Assembly (NCBI GenBank): GCA_000999095.1
Contig: LCFP01000002.1
Coordinates: forward strand, 69,736-133,735
Origin: Candidatus Gottesmanbacteria bacterium GW2011_GWA2_43_14
GTDB taxonomy: Bacteria > Patescibacteriota > Microgenomatia > 2-02-FULL-39-11
Reading direction: 5' to 3'
Length of the DNA stretch: 64,000 nt
Shown here one piece after another: positions 1-8,095 of the stretch. The position numbers and the translations under genes are program-made. Each line of letters starts with the position of its first letter. Position 1 is the stretch's first letter. The notes beneath the pieces were generated by a model, which saw only the letters and a list, made by a program, of their open reading frames with translations, was not told the origin of the DNA and ran no database searches.

Positions 1-528
1 ACATTGCTTAATTACGACCGCTACCAGGATTATTTCGGCAGTAAATCTGTCAAAAGGGAAATCCTATATTTTGACAATGAAGGCAAATTAAGTTTGGCTT
101 CTTCACTTGTTCCCAGCCAGGATGCCAGAACCTCCATCCTAAAAAAATTCCTGGCTTCCTACAATTCGCCGCTTATTGAGTCCACGGACGAGATCATAAA
201 ACAATCTGACATTTACGGGCTGGACTATGCCCTCATTCCCGCCATAGCCATGCAGGAATCAGGAGGCTGCAAAGTATTGCCTCCCGGCTCACACAATTGC
301 TGGGGTTTCGGGATTTATGGGGATAAGACAGTATCCTTTAATAATTATTCAGAGGCAATTAATGCTGTAGCCAAAACCATAAAAGAAGCCTATATAAAGA
401 AAGGGCTCACCAACCCTACGCTGGTCGAAGACCGTTGGACTCCATCAAGTAAAGGCAACTGGTCTTACTCCGTCAATTTCTTTATCGGAAAAATCAGGGA
501 ATTGGAAAGAAACTACCATGCCACTTGA
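1..528 (+). CDS. Lysozyme-like / transglycosylase-like domain protein, probably 5'-truncated by the window edge (the track starts it at a TTG at 4). It is paralogous to the next gene.
   Basis: The motif AIAMQESGGC...NCWGFG is shared with the ORF at 623..1144 (ESGFC...NCWGW). It resembles muramidase/Rpf-like (CESGGNW) lysozyme-fold active-site regions. No N-terminal signal is seen, consistent with truncation. Confidence 0.4.
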   Translation, partial: TLLNYDRYQDYFGSKSVKREILYFDNEGKLSLASSLVPSQDARTSILKKFLASYNSPLIESTDEIIKQSDIYGLDYALIPAIAMQESGGCKVLPPGSHNCWGFGIYGDKTVSFNNYSEAINAVAKTIKEAYIKKGLTNPTLVEDRWTPSSKGNWSYSVNFFIGKIRELERNYHAT

Positions 529-622
529 CAAGCCTATAATATATGGTATAATACCACGTTAGATCCTAAGGTTATCCTGACTCGTTCGGGAGCGCTTTAG
601 GATTTTTTTCTGCCCCGCGTTT

Positions 623-1144
623 ATGTATTTATTAGCGTCTGTTTTGGCCGTTATTATTCTCCTGTTGAATCCGGGCAGAGTCAGCGCGGTAGTAGACTCT
701 GCTTCCATTGTAAAAGAAATTAAAGAAGCAGAACCGGTTGATGACCGGGTCACCCGGCTGGAAAAAACCTTGACTGTCTATGGATCTGATTTGGCTCCTT
801 ACTCAAAATTTATTATAGCTGTATCTGATAAAAATAATTTACCGTGGCATCTGTTGGCTGCCATTTCCGGAGTTGAATCAGGTTTCTGCCGGAAAATACC
901 ATCTGTTTCCTACAATTGTTGGGGATGGGCAAACGGCAGGAAATACTTTACTGATTATGAAGATGCACTGGAGACTGTCGCGTCTGGCATTAAAAGCAAC
1001 TACATCGACAGGGGACTGACCACTCCGGAACTTATGAACAGGGTATATGCTCCGCCGTCAGCAACCTGGGCTTGGAAAGTGCGTTATTTTATGAATCTGA
1101 TAGAGTATCAGACCCCGGATATCAGTCTGGAGTTCAATTTGTAA
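623..1144 (+). CDS. Secreted or membrane-anchored lysozyme-like/transglycosylase-like domain protein, paralog of the preceding ORF.
   Basis: ATG start with an N-terminal hydrophobic segment (LLASVLAVIILLL). The conserved block LLAAISGVESGFC...SYNCWGWANG aligns to the upstream ORF. Two TATAAT boxes lie at 536-556. Confidence 0.45.
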   Translation: MYLLASVLAVIILLLNPGRVSAVVDSASIVKEIKEAEPVDDRVTRLEKTLTVYGSDLAPYSKFIIAVSDKNNLPWHLLAAISGVESGFCRKIPSVSYNCWGWANGRKYFTDYEDALETVASGIKSNYIDRGLTTPELMNRVYAPPSATWAWKVRYFMNLIEYQTPDISLEFNL

Positions 1145-1164
1145 TAGGGTATAATATTGACGCC

Positions 1165-1249
1165 GCCGGGGTGGCGAAACTGGCAGACGCGCAGGATTTA
1201 GGATCCTGTGTCCGAATAGGACGTGGAGGTTCAACTCCTCTCTCCGGCA
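1165..1249 (+). tRNA. tRNA-Leu (anticodon TAG)
   Basis: Hand-folded cloverleaf. Acceptor GCCGGGG/CTCCGGC (one G-T pair), 3-bp D stem with a long D loop, anticodon stem CAGGA/TCCTG with loop TTTAGGA giving anticodon TAG, a long variable arm (GTCC..GGAC) typical of Leu, and T-arm GGAGG-TTCAACT-CCTCT. A TATAAT box lies at 1150-1155. Confidence 0.8.
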
Positions 1250-1272
1250 CTTTTTTATGATATAATCGCCAC

Positions 1273-2127
1273 ATGGCTACGTCTACTTTAAAACAATTAC
1301 CTAAAGCAACTGCGGAAATCGAAATAAATATTCCCTGGGCAGAAATAAAATCAACTTATGACGAGGTACTGACCCAGGTCAGCCGGGAATCGGAATTGCC
1401 TGGTTTTAGAAAGGGAAAAGCACCCCAAAAAATAGTCGAAGGAAAAGTCGACAAGACTAAAATATACGAGGAAGTCATTAAAAAAATCATACCCAAAGCG
1501 TACGCTGAGGCTGTTTCCGAACATAAACTCCAGCCGATCACTTCGCCTAAAATTGAGGTAGTAAAAGCCAAGCAGGATCAGGACTGGACCGTCAAAGCCA
1601 CTCTTTCTTTGAAACCTAAAATCATTCTGAAAAATTACAAGGATAAAATCAGGGAACTGAAGAAGACTAAAGTAAAAATCTGGACTCCCGGGGAAGGTAA
1701 ACCGGACAAGGAAGAAGAAACCAAAAAGTTGACTGTGGATGAAATTATTGGTGCTTTGGCAAGCGAAGCAGAAGTCGAGCTCTCGGATGAACTGATCAGT
1801 CAGGAGGCAAACAGGCTGCTCTCGGAGCTGATTGACCAGACAAGACAACTGGGCTTAACCGTTGAACAGTACCTTATTTCCAAAGGTAAAACTAACGAAC
1901 AATTAAGGGCAGAATATGCGCAAACAGCCAAAAGGAACCTCTCCATCGAATTTGCTTTAGCAGAGGTGGCTGATAAGGAAAATATTACCGTCAGCCAGGA
2001 AGACCTCAATAAAATTTTGGACAAAGTGGAAAAACCGGAAGAGAAGGAAAAACTCAAAAAAGACAGCTATTATTTGGCGCATCTGATCAGGCAGCAAAAG
2101 ACACTTGATTTTCTCAGCAACCTATAG
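1273..2127 (+). CDS. tig: Trigger factor, short form with N-terminal ribosome-binding domain and C-terminal domain but no PPIase domain.
   Basis: Carries the trigger-factor signature ELPGFRKGKAP (GFRKGK motif) near the N-terminus. The C-terminal region is like the TF chaperone arm. Length is 284 aa versus ~430 aa canonical. A TATAAT box at 1261-1266 lies 6 nt before the ATG, consistent with a leaderless transcript. Confidence 0.75.
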   Translation: MATSTLKQLPKATAEIEINIPWAEIKSTYDEVLTQVSRESELPGFRKGKAPQKIVEGKVDKTKIYEEVIKKIIPKAYAEAVSEHKLQPITSPKIEVVKAKQDQDWTVKATLSLKPKIILKNYKDKIRELKKTKVKIWTPGEGKPDKEEETKKLTVDEIIGALASEAEVELSDELISQEANRLLSELIDQTRQLGLTVEQYLISKGKTNEQLRAEYAQTAKRNLSIEFALAEVADKENITVSQEDLNKILDKVEKPEEKEKLKKDSYYLAHLIRQQKTLDFLSNL

Positions 2128-2141
2128 TATAATCGGGCGCT

Positions 2142-2726
2142 ATGTTTGCCAAAAAGAGCAATCAAAAAATCAACCCCTGGGGAGATGACAATCACGAGAA
2201 ACTTACCCAAAGCCCCAAATCGGCTGTCAAAAAACAGTTAGGTGACCTTATCAGTCCGTCGAAAATGCTTGACCAGATTTTCGGCAATAATCCCTCAGGT
2301 GAATATTATCCCCGGCCTTCCATGCCGGAGAATCAGCCCAGCAAACCCTCCCGGGAAAATCTAGTATTTTCCTACCGCAACCGTTCGGAAGATGTCAAAA
2401 TTACCCAGGAAACCCAGGCTATCGTCAATGAGTTAAAAAAACAGGTTACCATCCTGGAAAAAAAGGAAAAAGGCATAACCCAGGAATTGGCGAAGATAAA
2501 AGTCGAACAGTTGCCTCCCAAAACCGGAATTTATTATTTACGGTTCCTGGAATGGCTGCTTCTGGAAGTCAAGAGACTGATTGTCAAAGTCGATGAAGGA
2601 AAAGCGTGGCTCTCTACCTTTAACCAGAAAAAAAAGAAAAGAATGGGCTATTGGAAAATGTACAAAAAACACGGTACAACTTTCGGCCTTTCCCACGAAC
2701 GGTCACTGGCTACCCAGTCCGGCTAA
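2142..2726 (+). CDS. Hypothetical protein with a disordered, basic N-terminus and a predicted coiled-coil.
   Basis: Clean ORF with ATG start; TATAAT at 2128-2133 lies 8 nt upstream. No recognisable catalytic motifs. It overlaps the convergent ATP-grasp gene by 24 nt. Confidence 0.35.
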   Translation: MFAKKSNQKINPWGDDNHEKLTQSPKSAVKKQLGDLISPSKMLDQIFGNNPSGEYYPRPSMPENQPSKPSRENLVFSYRNRSEDVKITQETQAIVNELKKQVTILEKKEKGITQELAKIKVEQLPPKTGIYYLRFLEWLLLEVKRLIVKVDEGKAWLSTFNQKKKKRMGYWKMYKKHGTTFGLSHERSLATQSG

Positions 2727-4100
2727 TAAATTATCCATAGCCGCCTCAATTTTTTCCGCCCGGCTGCGTGTGTTGCCGAATATCACATAACCTAAATAAT
2801 TTTGTTCCATCAGTCTCGTGCCTGTAATGACAATCCCTTCTTTTTTAACGGGATCATATAAAATCGGAGACAGGATTTCGAATAATTTATTTGCTTCTTC
2901 GGCCGGACCGCTTTTTTTTATCGGGTATAAATTGTTAGTCAGGATATAAGTGTCATACATAAAATCCTTACCGAACAAATACCTGGCCAAATGGTAAGCG
3001 TGGGTCCCGCCGGTTCTCCGTACATTCGATTCGGTTACAAAAATATCGCCGTTTTTGGAAGCGACAAAATCTATTTCATAATAACCACGGTAGCCACGGG
3101 AAGCCAATTGTTCGCCCAGGAAAAAACCGGTATCCATAATTTGGGCCGTATCCTGATCCGACAGAACCGTATTATTTATTTCCACACCCTTAAAAATGCC
3201 GCTTGCCGATATACGCATGGCGCAATAATACAGGAATTCCACCCGCCCGTTTTTATTTATTTTAAATTCGGCATTGGGGTAGCCTCCCCCGATAGTCACG
3301 GCTGGATCAATGTATTTTTCCACAATTATGGGAAACTTATTCCAATATGTTTCTTTGCGAAACGTATTTAAAATTGTTCCTACGCATTCGTTGTAACTTT
3401 TAGGCAAGTCGTTTTCCCGGAAGATCAAAAGGCCCGCACCGGCATGTCCTTTATTGGTTTTAATGACAATGCCGTTTTCCTTGACATACATCTTGGCAGC
3501 CATTTTAGCCGTATTTTCAATATCGATTGATATAAGTCCCGGCGGCATTTTAAAATCGGGCTCCTGGATGCCTGATTGCTGGGAAAGCTGTCTGATACCC
3601 GATTTGCTGCCAAAAAAATCGACTGTCCAGGAATCCGCTTCAACCGGAGATTCAGGCGTATGTATCACAACTCCCCGTTCCCTGATTGTTGAAACCAGAT
3701 GAAGAAACTGGGAAGAATTGGTGTAACTGATAAACTCTACCCGGGTATACCTGCGGGATATACTGACCAGTTCATCCAAAAGCTGGCTGTCCGATACGAT
3801 ATCTTTGGAAATCTCACCGGTGTGGAGTTTCGGCGTCAATATTTTGAAATTTTTATTACCTGACAAGCCAAGAAAATATTTAATATATTTTTCCTTAACC
3901 GGTTTCGGCAGGACCATAACGATGTTTTCCATTCCGGTAAAACTGAAAAGATCGTGTTCCGCCAGGCCAGTATTTTCTATAATTTCCGTTTGACGGACGT
4001 AAGGGTTGGAAATTGACTGGATAAAAGGCCAGACATCTTCGGACATGTTGGATATATATATGGTGATCACCGATGAGTCTTTAACAATTGTTTTTTTCAT
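2703..4100 (-). CDS. ATP-grasp family protein (carboxylate-amine ligase-like)
   Basis: 465-aa ORF. The central region (KTNKGHAGAGLLIF..., EKYIDP...) and the C-terminal YYEIDFV...TESNVRRTGGTH are consistent with ATP-grasp nucleotide-binding and catalytic subdomains. The assignment is by motif resemblance only. Confidence 0.4.
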   Translation of the reverse strand: MKKTIVKDSSVITIYISNMSEDVWPFIQSISNPYVRQTEIIENTGLAEHDLFSFTGMENIVMVLPKPVKEKYIKYFLGLSGNKNFKILTPKLHTGEISKDIVSDSQLLDELVSISRRYTRVEFISYTNSSQFLHLVSTIRERGVVIHTPESPVEADSWTVDFFGSKSGIRQLSQQSGIQEPDFKMPPGLISIDIENTAKMAAKMYVKENGIVIKTNKGHAGAGLLIFRENDLPKSYNECVGTILNTFRKETYWNKFPIIVEKYIDPAVTIGGGYPNAEFKINKNGRVEFLYYCAMRISASGIFKGVEINNTVLSDQDTAQIMDTGFFLGEQLASRGYRGYYEIDFVASKNGDIFVTESNVRRTGGTHAYHLARYLFGKDFMYDTYILTNNLYPIKKSGPAEEANKLFEILSPILYDPVKKEGIVITGTRLMEQNYLGYVIFGNTRSRAEKIEAAMDNLLAGLGSQ

Positions 4101-4130
4101 AATTAAATCAGTATAAATCCTTGAGAAAAC

Positions 4131-4159
4131 TTGTCAAACAGTATTTTGACAATTATAAT
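4131..4159 (+). promoter_or_regulatory. Near-consensus sigma70-type promoter (TTGTCA-N17-TATAAT) driving tRNA-Val.
   Basis: TTGTCA at 4131-4136, a 17-nt spacer, and TATAAT at 4154-4159. The tRNA begins at 4182. Confidence 0.45.
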
Positions 4160-4181
4160 CACAATGAAGAAATTTGAATCC

Positions 4182-4257
4182 GGATCCGTAGCTCAGACGG
4201 CTAGAGCGTTTCGTTGACATCGAAAAGGTCAGAGGTTCGAGTCCTCTCGGATCCACC
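4182..4257 (+). tRNA. tRNA-Val (anticodon GAC)
   Basis: Acceptor GGATCCG/CGGATCC, D-arm GCTC-AGACGGCTA-GAGC, anticodon stem TTTCG/CGAAA with loop TTGACAT giving anticodon GAC, T-arm AGAGG-TTCGAGT-CCTCT, discriminator A, followed by CC. Confidence 0.85.
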
Positions 4258-4320
4258 GACGGCTAGAGCGGTCCGATGTCCATCGGACAGGTCAGAGGTT
4301 CGAGTCCTCTCGGATCCACC
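4258..4320 (+). pseudogene. Tandem partial copy of tRNA-Val: a tRNA-like fragment containing the D-loop piece plus the identical 31-nt T-arm and acceptor 3' half. The anticodon arm is replaced by a perfect 8-bp inverted repeat.
   Basis: GACGGCTAGAGCG and GGTCAGAGGTTCGAGTCCTCTCGGATCCACC are repeated exactly from the upstream tRNA. Between them lies GTCCGATG-TC-CATCGGAC (perfect 8-bp inverted repeat, no canonical 7-nt anticodon loop). There is no 5' acceptor or D-stem unless it borrows the palindromic GGATCC of the first tRNA. The copy ends in an encoded CCA. Confidence 0.5.
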
Positions 4321-4328
4321 ATAATTAC

Positions 4329-4979
4329 ATGCCCGACAAAATCACCTCTCAAAAAGTAATTACTCTTCTGAACATTCACTATCCTAACGCCAAGATTGTC
4401 TTGAATTATTCCGATAATTGGGAATTATTGGTGGCTGTAATACTGTCAGCCCAGTGCACCGACAAAATAGTCAATAAGATCACTGAAAAACTGTTCAGGA
4501 AATATTCTAGCCTGAATGATTATGTAAACGCAGATCCGGCTGAATTCGCCCAGGATATAAAATCTGCCGGTTTCTATAATGCCAAGTCGAAAAATATTCT
4601 GGCCGCGGCAAATTTGATAAAAACAAATTACCAAGGGCGGGTTCCTGACAGCATGGAGCAGCTTTTAAAAATCCCCGGTGTGGCCAGAAAAACCGCCAAT
4701 ATCATCCTCGGGAATGCGTTCAATATTTCCGAGGGAATTACCGTCGATACCCATGTCAGAAGATTGTCACAGAGGTTGGGTTTGACAAAAAATGAAGATC
4801 CAGTAAAAATCGAACAGGACTTAATGGATCAATTCGATCAAAAAGACTGGTTTAAACTGACATATTTATTGATTGACCACGGCCGCCAAATTTGTGATGC
4901 CAGGAAGCCGAAATGCGATCAGTGTTTTTTAAATAAAGTGTGTCCTTCTGCCTTCCGGTTTCCGCATTTTGCCAAATAG
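4329..4979 (+). CDS. nth: Endonuclease III (DNA-(apurinic or apyrimidinic site) lyase)
   Basis: HhH motif (LLKIPGVARKTANIILGNAF), catalytic Lys/Asp region (VDTHVRRL), and C-terminal 4Fe-4S ligands C-X6-C-X2-C-X5-C (CDARKPKCDQCFLNKVC). Confidence 0.9.
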   Translation: MPDKITSQKVITLLNIHYPNAKIVLNYSDNWELLVAVILSAQCTDKIVNKITEKLFRKYSSLNDYVNADPAEFAQDIKSAGFYNAKSKNILAAANLIKTNYQGRVPDSMEQLLKIPGVARKTANIILGNAFNISEGITVDTHVRRLSQRLGLTKNEDPVKIEQDLMDQFDQKDWFKLTYLLIDHGRQICDARKPKCDQCFLNKVCPSAFRFPHFAK

Positions 4980-5146
4980 TGTATAATTGACAAAGTTTAA
5001 TCTCAGCGTTTGCATAGAGACTCACCAACTCTAAAGCTGAGCGTTTCTCCCGATTCGAAATCGGGAACAATTAAGAGCCGTTTCTGGAATTGCGATGGAA
5101 CCGTCCGACTTAACATCGGACTCGCAAAAAAAGAACGGTATTTTTT
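4980..5146 (+). promoter_or_regulatory. Putative structured 5' leader of thrS: an extended -10 (TGTATAAT, 4980-4987) followed by a ~150-nt leader with three stem-loops.
   Basis: Three hairpins: CTCAGCG..CGCTGAG (loop ~27 nt), TCCCGATT-CGAA-AATCGGGA, and GTCCGA-CTTAACA-TCGGAC. No T-box consensus (AATTAGGGTGGTACCGCG) was recognised. thrS is classically autoregulated or T-box-regulated in other bacteria. Confidence 0.3.
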
Positions 5147-7027
5147 ATGACTAAAGTAAATCTGGAAAACCTCAGGCATTCAACAGCCCATTTATTGGCG
5201 GCTGCGGTCATGGAATTGTGGCCGCAGTCCAAAAGGACCATCGGGCCTGCAATTGAAAACGGCTTTTATTTTGATTTCGACTTTGGTGATATCAAAATAT
5301 CCGAAAACGATTTTCCCAAAATCGAGGCTAAAATGCGGCAACTTTTGAAGGGTTGGCAAGATTTCCAAAGGCATGAACTGTCAGCTGAAGAAGCTAAAAA
5401 AGAGTATCCAGGAAATCCTTTTAAACATGAACTGATTGATGAATTTTCTGCCGAGGGTCAAAAACTGACTTTTTACAAATCAGGTGAATATTGGGACCTT
5501 TGCCGGGGAGGGCACGTCGACCATCCCGATCAGAATCTGAAATATTTCAAATTGTTGAAAGTGGCCGGGGCTTATTGGCGTGGAAACGAGAAGAATAAAA
5601 TGCTGACCAGAATTTACGGTACCAGCTTTCCTTCGCAAAAAGAGCTGGAGGACTATTTGAAATCGCTTGAGGAAGCGGAAAAACGCGACCACCGCAAACT
5701 TGGCAGGGAATTGGATTTGTTTTCCACAAGCCCTCTGACCGGCGCCGGTCTGATACTCTGGCATCCCAAACTTGCTACTGTCAGAAATATTGTCGAGCAA
5801 TTCTGGAAAGATGAACATTACAAAGAAGGCTACCAGTTGGTAAACACGCCGCATATTGCCTCAACGGATATGTTTGTACTCTCACGACACCTGTCCAAAT
5901 ACATCGACTATATGTTCCCCATCATGATGCATGAATTTATCGAAGGGGATAGTGCCGGGGATTACTCAGCTGATGAAGTATTAAAACCCATGAACTGTCC
6001 CAACCATATCCAGATATTCAAAGCACGGCCCAGAAGTTACCGCGATCTTCCTGTCAGAATGGGTGAATTGGGTACCGTCTACCGCTATGAACGGGCAGGG
6101 GTTCTCCATGGCATGACGCGCGTCCGAGGTTTTACCCAGGACGATTCGCATATCTTCTGCGCACCTGAACAGGTTATCGAAGAAGTCCGGCGGGTATTAG
6201 CCATCATGAAACGATTTTACCGGGTATTCGGATTTTCCGGCTACCAGGCATATATCTCCACCCGTCCGGAGAAATTTCTGGGAGAACTAAAAATGTGGGA
6301 CTTTGCCGAAGAATCGCTCAAAAAAGCCGCTGCTCTTGAAGGTCTTGCTTATAAAATAGATGAAGGGGCCGGAGTTTTTTACGGGCCAAAAATCGACATG
6401 AAAGTCAAAGATTCTCTGGGACGCGAGTGGCAGCTGGGTACGGTTCAATTCGATTTCAACCAACCGTCTCGGGCGGAAACAACCGAGGAGGAAATTGACG
6501 AATTCTGGAATTTGAAATCATTCAAATTAAAATTCAAATCCAGGGAAAACACGGCCAAATATTTAAAAAAACTGGGCAGGGGATTCGATGTCACCTATAT
6601 TAACCATGAGGGAGCTGAAAAACAATGCGTCATGATACACAGAGTAGTGTTGGGCTCAATGGAACGGTTTTTCGGCATCCTGATCGAACATTACGGTGGA
6701 GCCTTTCCCCTGTGGCTGTCTCCGGTGCAGGTTGAGTTAATCCCGATTGCCGAAAGGCATTTGGAATATGCCCAAAATGCCGAAAATGTATTGAAAACTG
6801 CGGGTGTCAGAACGGAAACGGACAAAAGGCCGGAACGCATGCAGGCAAAAATTCGCGACCATACTTTACAAAAAGTGCCGTATTTGGGTATAATAGGGGA
6901 TAAAGAAGTTGAAAAAAAAGACGGTGTCTATCTCTCAGTAAGATCAAGAGATGGCAAAGATTTAGGCCAGCTTAGACTGGACCGTTTTTTAGTAACCTTA
7001 AAAGAACAGATTGAAAAAAAGTTTTAA
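5147..7027 (+). CDS. thrS: Threonyl-tRNA synthetase (form lacking the N-terminal TGS/N1 domain)
   Basis: The editing-domain His motif (HSTAHLLAAAV) lies at residues ~10-20. Class II catalytic core (FRAR.., RVRGFTQDDSHIF) and C-terminal anticodon-binding domain are present. The conserved thrS-infC-rpmI-rplT neighbourhood supports the call. Confidence 0.93.
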   Translation: MTKVNLENLRHSTAHLLAAAVMELWPQSKRTIGPAIENGFYFDFDFGDIKISENDFPKIEAKMRQLLKGWQDFQRHELSAEEAKKEYPGNPFKHELIDEFSAEGQKLTFYKSGEYWDLCRGGHVDHPDQNLKYFKLLKVAGAYWRGNEKNKMLTRIYGTSFPSQKELEDYLKSLEEAEKRDHRKLGRELDLFSTSPLTGAGLILWHPKLATVRNIVEQFWKDEHYKEGYQLVNTPHIASTDMFVLSRHLSKYIDYMFPIMMHEFIEGDSAGDYSADEVLKPMNCPNHIQIFKARPRSYRDLPVRMGELGTVYRYERAGVLHGMTRVRGFTQDDSHIFCAPEQVIEEVRRVLAIMKRFYRVFGFSGYQAYISTRPEKFLGELKMWDFAEESLKKAAALEGLAYKIDEGAGVFYGPKIDMKVKDSLGREWQLGTVQFDFNQPSRAETTEEEIDEFWNLKSFKLKFKSRENTAKYLKKLGRGFDVTYINHEGAEKQCVMIHRVVLGSMERFFGILIEHYGGAFPLWLSPVQVELIPIAERHLEYAQNAENVLKTAGVRTETDKRPERMQAKIRDHTLQKVPYLGIIGDKEVEKKDGVYLSVRSRDGKDLGQLRLDRFLVTLKEQIEKKF

Positions 7028-7538
7028 ATATTACCGGATAAATTATCAGATTTCGGCAGCCAATTTAAGACTTTTGGATGAGTCGGGCAAACAAATCGGA
7101 GTCAAGACAAGGGAAGAAGCGTTAAAAATGGCCCAGGCAGAGGGAAAGGATTTGGTCGAAATTGCAGGGAAGGCAAATCCGCCGGTCGTCAGAATTATCG
7201 ACTACAAAAAATTTAAATACCTCGAAGCCAAACGCGAACGGGACGCCAAAAAGAAAACCAAAAACGTCACGGTCAAGGAAATCAGGCTGTCACCCTTTAT
7301 CGGAGAACACGATTTTCAGACCAGGATTAAAAAAGCTGAAGAATTCCTGAAGGAAGGCAACCAGCTGAAAATAAATCTGCCGTTTCGGGGGAGGGAAATT
7401 GTCCATAAAGAGTTCGGTATGGAAACGATGAAAAAGGCTATCCAGGAACTGAAGGAATCAGCCAAAGTCATCAGGGATCCTCACTTTGAAGGAAGGGTAC
7501 TGGTAGCTCAATTAGCACCGGCCAAGGGGTCAATTTAG
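7011..7538 (+). CDS. infC: Translation initiation factor IF-3. The start codon is non-ATG (TTG at 7011; ATA 7038 or ATT 7050 are alternatives) and overlaps the thrS 3' end.
   Basis: RINYQISAANLRLLDESGKQIGV aligns to the IF-3 N-terminal domain (RINGEIRAQEVRL..GEQLGI). The C-terminal domain motifs KEIRLSPFIGEHDFQTRIKKAEEFL are present. IF-3 genes classically use atypical start codons. Confidence 0.85.
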   Translation: MKKSFKYYRINYQISAANLRLLDESGKQIGVKTREEALKMAQAEGKDLVEIAGKANPPVVRIIDYKKFKYLEAKRERDAKKKTKNVTVKEIRLSPFIGEHDFQTRIKKAEEFLKEGNQLKINLPFRGREIVHKEFGMETMKKAIQELKESAKVIRDPHFEGRVLVAQLAPAKGSI

Positions 7539-7548
7539 AATAATTATT

Positions 7549-7743
7549 ATGCCAAAACAAAAAACCAGAAAAACAGTCGCCAAGAGATTTAAAATAACCA
7601 AAACCGGACTTGTTTTACGCGGACACCAGTATGCCAGGCACCGCAAAGCCCATAAGTCCAAAAGGACCATCAGTTCTTACCATGGCACTGTCAGACTTTC
7701 ACATAAAATGGCGGCCAAAATAAAAAAATTATTAAGGGGATAA
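7549..7743 (+). CDS. rpmI: 50S ribosomal protein L35
   Basis: MPKQKTRKTVAKRFKITKTG... is the canonical L35 sequence; length 64 aa. Confidence 0.9.
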   Translation: MPKQKTRKTVAKRFKITKTGLVLRGHQYARHRKAHKSKRTISSYHGTVRLSHKMAAKIKKLLRG

Positions 7744-7747
7744 AAAC

Positions 7748-8095
7748 ATGAGAATTAAAAGAGGCATTACCAGTCATAGGCGGCATAAAAAGCTTTTGGA
7801 GTCGGTTAAAGGGTACCGCATGTCCAAAAGACGATTAATAAAATCAGCTACAGAGGCTCATCTCCACGCGGGAGCTTATGCTTATCAGGGCCGGAAAAAG
7901 AAAAAATCAGATTTCCGGAAATTATGGATTATCAGAATTACTGCTGCCGTCAGAAGCGAAGGAATCTCTTACAGTCAATTCATCCATAAAATGAAATTAA
8001 AGAAAATCTCTTTAGACCGTAAAATTTTAGCTCTGCTGGTCAGGGAAGATCCTGAGACTTTCAAGGCTGTAGTTGACAGGATAAGAAAAAATTGA
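7748..8095 (+). CDS. rplT: 50S ribosomal protein L20
   Basis: MRIKRGITSHRRHKKLL..GYRMSKRRL is the canonical L20 N-terminus; 115 aa. Confidence 0.95.
   Translation: MRIKRGITSHRRHKKLLESVKGYRMSKRRLIKSATEAHLHAGAYAYQGRKKKKSDFRKLWIIRITAAVRSEGISYSQFIHKMKLKKISLDRKILALLVREDPETFKAVVDRIRKN

Noticed and set aside
1072-1260. 62-aa ORF from the six-frame track
   Set aside because: It lies entirely over the tRNA-Leu gene and its promoter, so it is spurious.
1351-2057. Antisense ORFs inside tig (1351..1848 -, 1356..1571 -, 1800..2057 -), and similar antisense or embedded ORFs throughout the track (e.g. 2991..3371, 5480..5854, 8348..8617, 9514..9726, 18078..18593, 28629..29024, 33067..33363, 40197..40559, 50028..50258, 55303..55755, 56124..56948).
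   Set aside because: They lie inside well-supported genes on the other strand or frame, are low-complexity, and lack motifs or intergenic context. They are treated as noise.
4980-5146. T-box riboswitch upstream of thrS
   Set aside because: Hairpins are present, but the T-box consensus (AATTAGGGTGGTACCGCG) and specifier-loop features could not be recognised by eye. It is left as a generic structured leader.
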